DNA of 64,000 nt, taken from Lama glama. Lineage: Eukaryota. A program made the translations under genes and the position numbers. The stretch lies in contig CM052816.1 in assembly GCA_028534125.1 (NCBI GenBank), positions 13,704,001 through 13,768,000 of the forward strand, in the 5' to 3' direction. Every line of letters begins with the position of its first letter. The first letter of the stretch is position 1. The notes beneath the pieces are model-generated. The model was not told the DNA's origin. It saw only the letters and a list, made by a program, of their open reading frames with translations, and searched no databases. This document shows positions 36,860 to 50,652 of the stretch, piece after piece.

Positions 36860-37830
36860 TCCCTTCGCTGCAGCAGTAACTCTGCGAAGGTGGCACTCAC
36901 TCCTCTCCCTTGCCAACTCCACTCCCGCTTTTCTAGCCACCTGCCGAGCTCTGTCACCTGAGTGCTGTGCTGGCACTGCCATCCTCTCCCTCCCCTCCCA
37001 CCGGTTTCTCCACCAGAGTTCCTTACTTCTGGCACAGGGAAGAGAACTAACATCTCCTGAACCTCCAGCACTTGCCAGGCACCGTCCTGGGTGCTCTCCG
37101 CACTCCTGCATCTGAAAGAATCATTAGTATCCGGTACGCAAGATGCAAAAGCCCATTGTCGCCGATGTCTCCAGCTGCTGATCAGTGATCACAGCCTGTC
37201 AATGTTCCCCCTCATCTCACTGTCCAGACTGCTTCTCCCCACCCTGTGAGTGTCTCCTAGCAGCCTCCCCACCCCAGTCCTGCCTCTGTGCACACCATGT
37301 TAGACACCATCTTCTTAGAACACAGCACTCACCCCATCACCCATGTGCTCGGGACCTTCTAGGGCGCACCCCCTTTTCCTCCACACCAACCCCAAGTGCC
37401 TTGCCTGGCCCTGGAGGTCTGCCACAACCTGGCTCTCACATACCTTCTAACTTACCGCCCACTGCTTGCCCGCCAGCCTGCAGGGCTCCAGCCAAACCTT
37501 GTGACTCCCGTCCCCGAAGCCGGGCTGTGCTTTCCAAGCCTGTGCACACAGTTCCCCCCATCAAGTGTGCCTTTTCCTCCCATTTCTTCAGACTCAGCTC
37601 CGCTTTCTCCCAGGCCTGGTGCAGACACGGCACCTCCCAGAAGATGTGCTTGCTTAATCCCCTGTGGAGAACGGCTTTGTCCTCACGTGAACTCAGGTGT
37701 TCCTGATGTACACCCCTGATTGCATTACTGAACTGCGTTCTCATCTGTGAGACGGGATGTGCCTTAGGAGCAGGGACTGAACAGGATTTATCTCTGAAGC
37801 CCCCACTGTACCTAACACAGCTCTTTTCAC
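36860..37830 (+). mobile_element. Degenerate L2
   Basis: C/T-rich L2-like body ending agcagggactg..tttatctctgaagccccc..cctaacacag. Confidence 0.6.
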
Positions 37831-38609
37831 CAAAACAATATCCATTTATTCATTCAATACATATTTACCCAATGGCTACTGTGCACCAAGGTGCTACAGG
37901 GTACTCGGTATACAACAATGAACAAAAAAGACGTTCCTACTCTTACGGGCTTCCCATTTAGTGAAGAGACAAACTTTAATCAGTCCTTACCTAGATGAGC
38001 ATGCAGTCAGCAACAGCTCTGTGCTGCAGAAGGCAAGAATCAGGGTCCTGCAGAAGCACAGAAGAGCCAGGAAAGCCAGTCCGAGGCCAAAGGATGAGTA
38101 TAAAGAATGAGTGGTAAGAAAGGGAAGCGGCAGAAGTACTCCAGGTCTAGGCCATGGCCTGTGCGGAGGCCCTGTGGTAGGTGAGAGCAGAGGGTCACAG
38201 CGATCGAAGAATGCAAAGGAAGCAGGGAAAGGATGCAATGTGACTGAGACATCTCAATAAATGTGCAGAGTGAGTGTAAATATATGACCTTCACCTAATT
38301 AGCATACTTTTTTTTGGTCAATAAAACCAACCAACCTTAGCTCTACAGCAGAAGACCAAATATACAAAAAAAAAAAAAAAACTTCTTTTCCATTTGCAAG
38401 AAATTTCCTCCTTAAGTGTGAGTATAAGTGTTATTCTCAAAGATTCAAGTTCTCCTAGCTAGATATGGAAAAGCAAGCAAGGCTGGAACCTGGTAAAAAT
38501 CACGTAACTCCGTAAGTAACACGATGCTGTATTATTCTTAATGAGAAGCTGGCCACCGGGCTGGGGAAACAAACAGCCTGTCACTCGCCCTGCACTGATG
38601 ATAAGGGCA

Positions 38610-38840
38610 GAGGCTAACAACTGGCTGACAACTGTTGAGCATTAAGGGTGACACATGCGTTTTCTCATCTGGTCTTCACAACATCCCATGAAGCTGGTAC
38701 TAATATCACTCCCATTTTACAGATAAGAAAACTATAGCTCAGAGAGATTAACTGGTCCAAGGTCACACAGGTGATGAACAGTAGAGCCAGGATCAGTGGC
38801 ACTCAGAGCCTCACCCTCAACCCCTGCTACACTGCCCTGC
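38610..38840 (-). mobile_element. MIR
   Basis: cccattttacagataagaaaact..gtccaaggtcacacag. Confidence 0.85.
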
Positions 38841-39617
38841 AAGCTGGTTATCATGTCAGCACTTCCGGAACTGTATTTTCTTTTCTGAACCTTCCCCCAT
38901 ATTTAAGCTGCAAAACACTGACAATGCAAATGAAGACAAATGATTTCTGGAGGGATGCAGTGAAACTTCTGGTGTCGGCTCCCCTTCCTGTTCCAGGTCT
39001 CCCTCAAAACACCCCAACTCTTCCTCCAATTTTAATAAAGAAAAGGCTTCCAGTTCATTGCGATACTTAATATCCTGAGAGAACAGGAATTGGAAACCAA
39101 TGAATCTTCTCAGGCTACATCTCAGCCAAAGTCAACACTCTCCAAACCCCTCTTGTAGGCAGCCGCTGTTTACAGTACACAGAACCGGAAGGACAGGGGG
39201 GTTCAGATTACTGGAAAGCTCTAGCCACGGTTTTCCCAACTCTTGACAAAGTTCTGAGTCTCGTCCGGAGGACAGTTATCATGTGTTCCCTGTCAACAAA
39301 GCCTTCCCGAAACTTTCTCCTCCTCTCTTTCAAATCCTGTCTGAAGTAGCCAGGACACAGGGTGAACAGTTTACCTACCTGTGGTGGAGAAAACTGCCCA
39401 CCTACTCGAGGCCTGGCCAACCCTCCTGAGGAGGGAGGGTGGGGGCCCAAGTCACCAGCAAGACCTTATTCATCAGTAACCATGGCCACCATGGAGCCAA
39501 CGCCCAAGCCTGGAGCTGGCTCACCTTCAGATCCTAACTAACCCCCTCAAAGACCCATCTGAGCAACTCAATTTGAGTTGTGCGAGTGTATTTTAGAACT
39601 GCATCCCTGAGCCACAC

Positions 39618-39975
39618 TGTCATGGGCAGAACTGTGTTCCCCACCCTGCAAATTCGTAAATGGAAGTCCTAACCCTGAACACAGAATGGGACTATATTTG
39701 GAGATAGGGCCCCTCCAGAAGTCAGGAAGGTAAAATGAGATCATGTGGGTGGGCCCTAATCCAGTACCACTGTGTCCTTATCAGAAGATGTTAGGATTTA
39801 AGCAGTTAAGAGGGAAGACCATGTCAAGACCCAAAGAGAAGACGGCCATCTACAAGCCAAGGAAAGAGAAGAAGAAACCAACCCTGCCCACTATGATCTG
39901 ACACCGAGCCTCTAGAACTGTGAAGAAAATAAATTTCAATCAGTGGTACTTGGTTACCGCAGCCCCAGCAAATTA
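39618..39975 (+). mobile_element. MaLR solo LTR (MLT1B-like)
   Basis: gaagtcctaaccc..gactatatttggagatagggcc..ggccatctacaagccaagg..cctctagaactgtga..aataaatttc. Confidence 0.85.
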
Positions 39976-42900
39976 TTAAGCATACTGTTCACGGTGCTCA
40001 AACTCCAAGTCGCTGCCTGTCACCCTCTCTTGGCAGGGCACAGGCAGGCTGGTTTCACCTCTAAAGCAGTCAGCCACTGGGCATATACAGCAGGGCCTCT
40101 GGGCACAGAAGTCACAATCAGAGAGTCCACTAAGAGCTCGAGTCAGTGGACACTTTTGCCATTAGAACTGGGGACCCAGGACAAAATTATATTTGTTTAA
40201 TTACAAAGGTGATAAAGAGAATTTTTCTTTTTGGAAATGTATAGACATCAAAGGCAGTCAAACCCCTCCACGGACAGGCGCCAAGACCCAGCACCCAGAC
40301 CTCTGTTTGAGACCAACCATGCTAAGGTAGGCTTTTCCCGTATGCAGTAATGAAGAATCTTGTTAAACAGATCCTGACAGCACACTGCAGGGGGAGGATT
40401 TCTGCCCAAACCCTCACTCTACAGGAAGAGAGCAGACGGCACTGGGGCAGAAACCAGGGGAAAGGGGAGCCTTTCTCGGTTAACAGAATAGCCAAAGATC
40501 CCTTCCCAAAAAATGTCACCCAGGGCATGAGAACCTCAACTCTTCAGGGCAGGTGGTGATGAGTAAGCTGATTTCCAGAGGGACCAGGAGTTTTTAGAGT
40601 CCTACGATTAGGTGAGGAGGCTCCAAGAGGCAGCGGGGCTTCCAGAATTACTTAAAAACTAGGAAATGAGAGACTATTGGAGTGGGGCGCTGCGGAAGCT
40701 AAGGCAGGCTGGAGTGTGGTCAAAGGGCTCAGAGCCTGGTACCGTTCTGGGTGCCCGCGCACCACAATGAAACAGCCGGCATTTTTGAGGCAATTGCAAG
40801 AACACTTTCATAGCAGCTCATTGAAACCTCCCAGTGGAAGTATCACTACTCACCCACTTCCCCATTCAACACACGAAAACAAGGCCAGATTATAAACTCT
40901 GCGAAAGCATGAGGTTTTTTTTTTTTTCCTGTTTTGTTCCTTAGTACATCCCAAGAGCCTAGAACAGTGGCTGGCACGTAGTAGGCACACACTGTTTATT
41001 GGTTGAATAAATGGAAAAAGAGGTTACTTTTCAATGTCACAGAACGAGCAGGCCCGGGGTTTGAACCCATGCTGTCGGCACGAGATGCCACACTCTCAGC
41101 CTCGGCCATGACACACAGGGTGGGGAAAACGTGCTGAACAGCTGGGGAAGGCGCCTTGGGTGAAGACAACTTGGTCCACTGCATCTTTCAGTGCCTGCAC
41201 CTTCTGCTCCTCAGCACAGGCGATGTCGCTGCACACCCAGAGTACAAAGCAAAGTTCACCAAGGGGTCAAGGTCCACAGATGATCAGAAAAGGGGCAGCC
41301 AAGGATGTGCCCGTCCCTCATACCTGGGACACTCCCTGAGGCCTCACACACCAACCTGTGCTGTATCCTGTGCCTCACTCTAGGGTGGGACAGGGAGCTG
41401 GGGTCGGGCGCAGGGAGTTACTGGCAGGGGGAGATTTATTCATCTGACTCTCCAGGAATCTGCCGAACAGAGCTGGTACAATCTGCAACACAATTTCCCC
41501 AAGCGTGGTGAGCACACGACTCTGCAGTATACAAAATCAGCCTCCGTGGCATATAAATAAACAGCAGAGCTGATACATTGATCTCTAAGGTTACTTTGTA
41601 TTTTGACCAAAGTATACTGGTGCTTTATTTATGGCCAAATTATAAAATGCCCTTTTAAAACAAAGAATGACTTTTCAAAAGGAACAAATACTCTCATTTA
41701 AATAGACATATTAGATAAACAATCAAAGAGGCGTTGCGTTGTGACAGAAATTCATAATGGAAGTACTGGAACAACTGAAGTTTGGGAAATATGGTTTCCT
41801 GGAACTTTGGAAGTTTTCTGTGTCAAATGTTCCCAACCCTGCACCTCACACATCCACCCGGATATGCTGCAGCTCAAAAGGAAGAGAATTTACAGAGACT
41901 AAGTTTTAAATTTTCCATCAAAATCCTTTAATAAGTGACCACACGTAAGAGAGACGCAGTGACAGAGAGATTAAGAGAGAGACACAAAGACAGAAAGAGA
42001 GAGAGAGGGCGCACAGACACAGACACAAAGGCGTGTTCATTAAGATACTATGAAGCTGACCGCAGGGCTTGACCTGGGGCTCAGGTCCTCCCCGCGGCCT
42101 GGAGAGCGCTGTGACACAGAGCTCCCTTTGATACTCCCCTCAGTTCCACACCGATCCTTTCAGCTATTATTTTATGGCATGGGAGCTGAGCTCGGCCCTG
42201 TCCGAAGAACCGCACTGAGGTCTCTGGGACCCGTTCCAACAACAACACACAATGAGGCCTTCTCTCTCTGATAAAGCCAGGAACCCCTCCCTCTGCGACC
42301 TGCTCCCCTGCTCCTCCCAGACAAAAGTGAAGTCCCGCTTTGAGACGAATTCAGCCGGCCACATGCGGCCTCCTCCTCCTCACCTTCCCTGGCAGGGATG
42401 ATCAAGTTTCAGGCTGGTGGTGGGTCTGAGGTCAAGCTGAGCTCCAGGACAGAGCCCAGGAGTCTGATCAGCTCCAGGGGAGAGAAGAACGCCTTCAAGG
42501 CCATGGAAGGAAAAGACTAGAGGGAAGCAGCGGTACCACAACCTGCTCCAATCCGGCGTGGGCCCCACGAGGGCAGGGGTTGTCCGACTCACACCGCGTT
42601 CCCAGAGCCAAACACAGTGTCTGGTGCTCAGGGGGCGCACGATAAATAGGTATTAAATGAATCGATGAAGGAATGAATGAATGAGTGAGCTGCGTGAGTG
42701 AATGAGTGAGGGAACGGACGGATGGATGGATGGGAGGAGCACATGAAGAAGCACGACTGTGAGATTATTTTCTCCCTTTCTGCTTGAGAACTAGCAACTG
42801 TATAAACAGGAGACCCCAAAGGACTAGTTTTCCCTTCTCACAGCCACCCCTAGCAGGTGGTGGGTTAACAGCAGGACCTTTGACCCCCGAACCATCTGGA

Positions 42901-43235
42901 CTCATAGCAGAATGAAGCTAACTGAGTGCAACCTTGACTTTCTCCAGGACGTGCTCAGACACCCCAATCTGTGCCTTGATCTCTGGACCAAAGGAGAGAG
43001 GAGCGATTTTGAGACTGATACTTAGACTGATGGACTCAACCCCTCCTTCTGAAAAGTTCGAAGTCCTTCATATCCTGGTTTCTCTTGAGGGACTTTTATT
43101 TAGTATTTTTTTTCTTAACTTTTCCTCTTTCTCTCTTTGCTTATCTGAATTTTCTAACCATTCTACAATGAATGTAGATTATAGGAGTTATAAAAATGTC
43201 TAACACAGACTGATGAAATATACAAATAAGACCAT

Positions 43236-43477
43236 TCAAAAAGGACACTGAACATGCGTATTTTATAGAGATCCATTTTAATGTTTCTACATTGCAAAAT
43301 GTAGCACTGCCATTTCATGCAATTACACTCAGCTAAGTCCTTTGAAAGGCAAATTGTAAATATCTGATAAAAGTCAAAGCTCATGACTTAAAATCAGAAC
43401 ACCCGGTTCAAGATTTTGTAATGTAGAAACATTAAAATGAATCTCTATAAAATATGCACGTTCAGTGTCCTTTTTGA
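43236..43477. repeat. 65-bp inverted repeat with a 112-bp spacer
   Basis: 43236-43300 is the reverse complement of 43413-43477 with 4 mismatches, all transitions. Confidence 0.95.
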
Positions 43478-43981
43478 GGTCAGACAGGCACTTACCTTAT
43501 AAAAGAGACAACTAACTGATGGGCGGGGTGCCAGAGAATTAGACAAATTCAAGGACACAAGCTTAATAAGTAACGTGCCTTATATGGATAAAACATATGT
43601 TCTGAGTTCCTCCACAGCAAGAAACACTGCTCGGCAACTGTTTCCTGGGGTAGAAATCTCCAGAAGCTAATAGGGGCCAGAGTACCCTCCACAGTGACAG
43701 AAAAGCTTGCCTTTCTTAGTTAGAGGGGGTGGTCGGTCTATTCTGGAGCCCAACCCTGGCCCCAAACAGATGGCAGCTCAGCCACCAGCTAAGAAGGGCC
43801 TCCAGTTCTGCCCAGTCCTTTGGCCCCATTGTCAATGGCAAACCTGTTCCACACAATGGTAACAGGCAGCTGGGCTAGCAATAAGAAGACCTAACTTCTA
43901 GGCCCCATTCCAGCCAGACCTGTCCCACTCAAGCACTGTATGCCTTGGTCACTCCATTTTACCAGAAGTTAGTAACATCAG

Positions 43982-44481
43982 NNNNNNNNNNNNNNNNNNN
44001 NNNNNNNNNNNNNNNNNNNNNNNNNNNNNNNNNNNNNNNNNNNNNNNNNNNNNNNNNNNNNNNNNNNNNNNNNNNNNNNNNNNNNNNNNNNNNNNNNNNN
44101 NNNNNNNNNNNNNNNNNNNNNNNNNNNNNNNNNNNNNNNNNNNNNNNNNNNNNNNNNNNNNNNNNNNNNNNNNNNNNNNNNNNNNNNNNNNNNNNNNNNN
44201 NNNNNNNNNNNNNNNNNNNNNNNNNNNNNNNNNNNNNNNNNNNNNNNNNNNNNNNNNNNNNNNNNNNNNNNNNNNNNNNNNNNNNNNNNNNNNNNNNNNN
44301 NNNNNNNNNNNNNNNNNNNNNNNNNNNNNNNNNNNNNNNNNNNNNNNNNNNNNNNNNNNNNNNNNNNNNNNNNNNNNNNNNNNNNNNNNNNNNNNNNNNN
44401 NNNNNNNNNNNNNNNNNNNNNNNNNNNNNNNNNNNNNNNNNNNNNNNNNNNNNNNNNNNNNNNNNNNNNNNNNNNNNNNNN
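43982..44481. other. Assembly gap (500 N)
   Basis: Run of exactly 500 N. Confidence 1.
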
Positions 44482-44569
44482 TGCTGGCTAATCCAAACCT
44501 CATTCCCACTTTTAAGCCTTCATGTAAACCCCCTTTTCACTCTCCTTCCTCAACAATCTGCTCAAGTTA

Positions 44570-44925
44570 AGGAGAAATTTCCCACATGACCCAGCAACTC
44601 CACTTCTGGTTACCTACCTAAGAGACATGAAAACGTATGCCCACCCAAAAACTTGCAGAGAATGTGTGGAGTAGCAATATCCATTATAATAACAGCCAAA
44701 AACCAGAAATGACCCAAATATCTATGAAAGTGAATGGAAAAACAAAATGCAGTGTCCACCTGTAGTACGGAATGACACATGGTACTGCATGGATGGACCT
44801 GAAAAACAGTGTGCACAGTGGACAGAAACCAGGCACAAAGGACCCCACAGTGTATGACTCCATCTCTATGAAAATGTCCAGAAAAGGCCGGCATACAGAA
44901 AACAGATCAGTGGTTGCCTAAATCA
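44570..44925 (+). mobile_element. Old L1M (L1MB-like) 3' fragment
   Basis: catgacccagcaactccacttctgg..atgaaaacgtatgcccacccaaaaacttg..atggatggacctgaaaaac. Confidence 0.85.
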
Positions 44926-45167
44926 GTGAGTTTCTCCTCGGTGAGTGCGCAAGAGAGTGAGTGGGAGAGTAGGGGAGTGAAGGAATGAAACCAATTTGCA
45001 GAAGCCTCTCTGGTAACCTGACCCAGCTCCACGAATTTCATCCACTCCTGTCAGCCTCAGCAAGTTGTGTGTGATAGCTACGTAACAGTGAGTGTGTTTA
45101 TATGTGTGTGTGTGTGTAGGTTTATGTGTGTACATATATGTGTGTAACTATCATTTAATTCTTTGGA

Positions 45168-45250
45168 TTAGGTGGAACTATATGAAAGTGGCATTTGTGA
45201 AGGTCAAAAATGGTTGGTAAGATATCGGTAATTTCACGTGATTCAACTAC
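45168..45250. mobile_element. MADE2-like mariner MITE
   Basis: ttaggtggaactatatgaaa..ggtcaaaaatgg..atatcggtaatttcacgtgattcaac, palindromic. Confidence 0.8.
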
Positions 45251-46056
45251 ACATGCCAGTTTTGATGCAAAGGAGACAAGACAGAACAGAGGCTTCTAAG
45301 GCAGACCAACCTACGTGAGGCTCCAGGCTCCAGCCCATATTCTAAGCTCCAGTTTCCTCAGGTGGCTCCGCCAGCTTCCTAGGATCCTGCTCACGGGGCT
45401 GCTGTGAGGATCCCTGTGACCATGCATGGAAAACCCCTAGCAGTCCTGAGGCAAAGTCATCAGGGAAGTGCTCGGTAAATTACAGCAATCATTGGGACAT
45501 GCTGGTCCCCTCTCCCCGTGAAACTACACATTCCTCACTAATCAAGGACCAGGATTTTTCTTTCTTTTGTATTCATGGGTTCCCTAGACCTGCAGACAAA
45601 GAATGCTCATTGCTGGAGTCCTTCCCAGGGGGAGGCTTTCAATGGCTCCTGAAGCCTGAGAATACAGTTCCCGAGATGCCCCTGGAGCCCCTGACTGTGG
45701 ACCCCCAACTCCTCAAAGGTGAACCCCAAACATCGCTGCAGGACTCTTACGATACCATTTCCAACATCCTCCTCACCACAAGCTCAGTGATACCATGAAG
45801 CAGAGGAATTGCTGTCAGAGAGGTTTCCTTCTGGCTTATTTCTCAGCAAAGTTGTTGGGCTGCTACGCAGCCAGCGTTTTAGTGGCTGATGGGGCTATTC
45901 GGAAAAGGCCAGGTTTCCACTGGCAACAACAAAGGACGGGGAGTATGGGGTAGAAGCAAATGAGGTCAGATCCCAACATCCTATTTAAAATTCCTCATTT
46001 GCAGGGATCAGAAAGATAGCCAAAGCTTCCAAACAGGGCAAATAGTGGGATTAAAT

Positions 46057-46212
46057 TAGGGTTGCCAGATTTCAGAGGTAAAAATACAAGACAATCAGTT
46101 AAATTCGAGGTAAACAACAAATATCTGGGGATTGACTGACACTACCAAATTTTCATTGTTTATCTGAAATTCAAGTTTAACTGAGCATCCAGAATTTTAT
46201 CTGGTGACTCTA
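46057..46212. mobile_element. MER53-like hAT MITE
   Basis: TIRs tagggttgccagat / atctggtgactcta, palindromic body, 8-bp TSD gattaaat/gattaaag. Confidence 0.9.
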
Positions 46213-49200
46213 GATTAAAGTGATACCACCTAACTGTTTTATTTCCCTAACATAAGACAATATATATCTTCAGTTCAATTGACTACCCTTTAACCACAGA
46301 AAGACTGTGCAGGCCAGAAAAATAAGGTTTCCAAATTTAGTGCGAGTCTGTGTATGAAGCTGGAATAAGGGGTCTATACCAGCCACCATTCACTGAGCTT
46401 GTAACCAGCACGATGCTAAGCACTTTATGTGCACTATTGGCTCATCAAATCCTCAAAGTAGCCCTATGTGGTAGGCCCATGTACTACTATCTCTATTTTA
46501 CAAGAGAGGAAACTGAGGCTTATGGAAGGTGAAATCAAACTCAAGTTTGGGCAACCCAATTTGAACCTAAAAATTAAATCTAGGGGTCTCTCCCCAGAGT
46601 CCCAGACTCCATCTACAACCTGTTCAGGTGTCCCTGAGCTAATTCCACATTTCCAGTGTTCTCAGGTAAGTGAATTATATTTCTGTTAAAAAATGTTCTT
46701 CCAGTATCTACTTCTCCAGCAACAAAACTGAGCAACTTCAATCCACAAAATACTCGAGAGTCACTTCAGTTGATGATTATAGTTGCTTTTCCTTGCTTTT
46801 ATTCTGCTGCCAGCTCTCAGCCATTTCACTTCTCATGAGCCTTTCTGCTAAAATGCAGGACAGAAAAAAACAAAAGGTGACCAAATCTTAACTGAGTTCA
46901 ATCCTTCTAACTGGGTACAGCTGTTAAAGGGTGCTCTGAAAATAAGACTAGAATCAAAACGAAGTTTGAAAAACGTCACCCTCAACACATCCATTTATCT
47001 CCTTCATCCCCAGTGATAATGGAGCTGGGCTACAACTGAGAAAATTGTAGCCATTACTGTAACAGAGAAAAAAATTCCCTGGACATTTGTCGTCAACAAA
47101 TGCCTCATTCATATAGAAAGGACCACAGAACAGTTTTTCTTATCTCAATGCTCACAGCCTCGGGAGCTGCCAGGGATTTAAGAGGGAACAGATCTTCTTT
47201 GATGTTCCTCTTTTCAGCCCAGTTTTCACCCACTTTCTGCAAGGTGACTGAATCTGACCCACACCTACTCACCAGACAGAAGGCAAATGCTCATATGGAC
47301 ACTCTAACCAATGGCTGACATCACAGACGAGCGTGGATGGCATGGATTTAATTCATTTTTAAAGTACGCAAGGTTTCTCTGAGAGACGTGGGCAACTCTG
47401 ATCACCAGAGTTCAGGACAAAGCCTTTTCACCCTTACTGCCTGTAAGGAAAAGAGCTGGGTATGGGTGACATTCTTCAGACACAAGAGTAGCCAAAAGCA
47501 GGGGGAATTCTTTATCGTATTTGCCTTTCGGAGGCAATATATCTCCTTGGTAACAGTTCTAAAAAAGAAAATGGGAATAAAAAAAACTCTCTACTAAATC
47601 TTACACCTTAGCAAGCAGCCTAGAAAATATGCCTGTGATTCAGGCCAGGTACCCATTCCTATTTCTCAACGGGATGCTTGGATTTTTGGGTTTGTTTTGT
47701 TTGTTTGCTTTTATCAAAAAGGGGCATCTAACATCCTTCCAAGCGGATCGCATGGCTCTCCGTATCTATAAAATGGAGACGGTGGCAGTGGCGACGGCAC
47801 CAACTACCTTGTAAGGTTGTGCTGAGGATTCAGTGAGTGTGCACCATATTGCAAAAGGTCTGCCACACTGGGCGTCCCCGAGAGATGTGACTGACGACTG
47901 TCACTCTTCCCCAGCACAGCACCAGCAGCACGGGTGTTAACTCGGAGACGACAGGAGGTAGAATGGGGTGATGTGTAAAACACAATTCAAAGGTTCCTGT
48001 GGGAATTTCACAGCTTAAGACCAAAGAAAAGAATCAAAGCTGTGTCCAGAAAGCAGTTTTAAAAACAAAGAAAAAGCAATTAGCCCTGTGCCCCAACCAA
48101 CCAAACCACACAATTAAAGGTGCCTCAAGCACAGGAAACAGCACGTACAGTGAGCTGATGACTGAACTGTGTGCACAAACACACACACCCCACCCAGAGC
48201 CCATCCGTGCCTGATGTTCCTCATCAAGAAGGATTGGGAGCCACAGGATGGGGAGGTCTGGACACGTGCTTGGACTGGAACACGAAATGAGCCTGGCCTC
48301 ATCTCCATCTCTCTCTGCCACCGCCCCCGCTTCCCTCCCACCCTGATGCCAAGACCTTCCAGCGTGCAGACAGACGCCATGCACCCAGGAGGTTCAAAGC
48401 ACACGTGAGCCCTGGAAACATGCTGCTGGGTTCCCGAGAAGAGCTGTGGAAAGCCGGGAAATCACTGCACTAACACCACAAGCAGGTCTGTCAATGAAAC
48501 ACAAAGAACGGGATGAGACAAGAAAAAGAGCTTGGCCTTCCGCAGGCAGTTTAGTGGAAGAGAAGCCCAGAATAAAGAGGTGGGGGAGGGAGGGAGATGC
48601 CAGTGAGTCATGAACAACAGACGTGAAAAAGCTGGTGTCTCTGTGGTCCTCCCCAGCTCAGCACCCCAACCTTTAAGTTAGGACATATGTATTCATCACT
48701 CATCCACTTAGTCTGAGTATTTTATAGCTATTTATTCTGCAGTCAGTGCTTTCTGGATCACCATGCCAGACAATGGGAAGATAAGCATGGCTCCTCTCAG
48801 AGCTCAAGTTCAAGGATAAGAGGAGGGTAACAATGTACCACCTGGAGGTTTGCCCCAGTAGATGAGCCGTTTCGTTTAACAATATGCGTCCCACTGGATT
48901 GGCCAGTGAGTCAAGCAGGGGAACAAGCAGCCATGAAGCCAATGACAGTGATGCTCCTGGAGCATGTCACTCCCCATGGCTCCTGGAGCAAAGCCTATGC
49001 AGGAATTCACAGGCACAAATACTCTCAGCTTCAAAGCATCACTGGCAGAACTGCTGAAAGATGGGGGTGGTGGTGGTGGAGTAGCCCACCACATTGCAAA
49101 TTAATAAGTTTCTCCTTATCACATCATCTGTGCAGCGGCTATTATGTGCCAGTCACTGTGCGACAACTGAGGATACAGTCCCAGACCCTGTCCTCATGGA

Positions 49201-50059
49201 GCTTGGAACCTAAGCGCGCTTTTCAGTCTCAGTCGTAGTAAGCTATGAGAAGGATCAAAGACACAGAAGATAAATTACCAAAGGAGGGGGAAACATAAAA
49301 ACAGGCCTCTAGAAACCCCAGAGTCATTACTCAGGATAGCATTCACTGCCGTAAGGGCTGTGACACAGCAGGAAAGGTGACCACATTACTGGGGTCTCTT
49401 AGGTTTGCCGCAGAGCCCACTCAGGGCATGCCTGCGAGGCATTCCAGTCTGGGAGAGAACAGCCTCATGTCAGCAGGGCCGCTGGCAGGCCCAGGGAGCT
49501 GCCCAAGGGCTGCTGGGCTGCGAGAAGGACCCCCCCCCCAACGTACAGGACAGCGCAGCCCAGAAGATGAAGAGGCCTGGGGCCATCCGACCTGGACTCT
49601 TTTCCCAGCTCAGCCCCATGTGCTACAGCCCTCTGCTCGGAAACTCCTTTGTTTGGGATATAGTTTCTGCATTTATAAAACTGCAAGAACAGTAGGAAAA
49701 AGAGAAGCATGGGGGCAGAGAGGGCCAGATGACTGTTTCACCAAGTGCATACTCACAAACAGCCCCCAAAGCAGGCTTTAGAAGACAGGATTTGGTTCCT
49801 GGCGGAAACTCTTAGCTCTTCCCCTTCCTCCTTCATACTATGAAGTACACTTTCACCATCACCACCCTGCCAGGCAGAGTGTTTTGTAAGGCAGCTCTTG
49901 GGCAATCTACAACTTCCTAATATGATGCATGATGCTGGAAATGAGCAGACAGTTGGAACCTAATATCCAGCATTTCACAGGCTAAGCCCCTTACTTCCCT
50001 GCTACTGACCCCAGCTAGAGACCAGAGCTAGAGACCAGACCTCTTCTGGCAACGGCAGA

Positions 50060-50500
50060 AGAGGCAAAAGCCGAAGGTCACTAAACGGGGAAGCCCGGGG
50101 CAGCTTCCAGACGAAATAGCACTCGAGCTGAGATCTGAAGGAGAAATAGGGGACAGGAGGCAGAGGAGCACAGCACCAGAGAGAACCATATGCCAAAGTA
50201 CTGTGATGAGAGGCACATGAGCATCAAACAGAGCACAAAAGAGGCCCTGTAGCTGAAAAATGCAAAGATGGTGCAAGGTGAAACCAGAAAGGCATATGGG
50301 CCAGGCCAAGAGGTGGGGGTGCACTGTGGGCCACTGAAGGGTTTTAAGCAGTATGGTGACATGATCAGATTGTCACTCTGAAAAGACCATTCTGGCACAA
50401 GCTAAACAGTGAGTCCTGGTGGCAAATACTAGCAGGGATGAAATGGGGACAAGTGTCTGAGACACTAAGAAAGAGAAAGGCTGGGGCAGAGAGGAAAGGA
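50060..50500 (-). mobile_element. L2 fragment
   Basis: ccactgaagggttttaagcag..gtgacatgatcagattgtcactctgaaaagaccattctggc. Confidence 0.8.
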
Positions 50501-50534
50501 AGAAAGTTCAGGCAAAGGGAGATCCAGGTCTTTC

Positions 50535-50652
50535 GCCTGCAACTCAACAGCATCCCCTGGGAGCTTGTGAGAAACGCAGAGTTCCAAGTCCCACCTCAGA
50601 GCCTGATTTAATGAGGCCCTCAGGTGATTGGGAAAGTTTGAGAAGCACTGCT
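50535..50652. mobile_element. MER5-like hAT fragment
   Basis: cagcatcccctgggagcttgtgagaaacgcaga..aaagtttgagaagcactg. Confidence 0.8.

Noticed and set aside
37185..37706. 173-aa Pro/Cys/Ser-rich ORF
   Set aside because: Lies in a C-rich degenerate L2, whose composition suppresses stop codons.
39208..39378. Helical-looking minus ORF (..RQDLKERRRKFREGFVDREHMITVLRTRL..)
   Set aside because: No recognisable homologue, and it ends in a stop without a supported exon structure.
50013..50038. 13-bp perfect tandem duplication agctagagaccag x2
   Set aside because: Ordinary slippage duplication.
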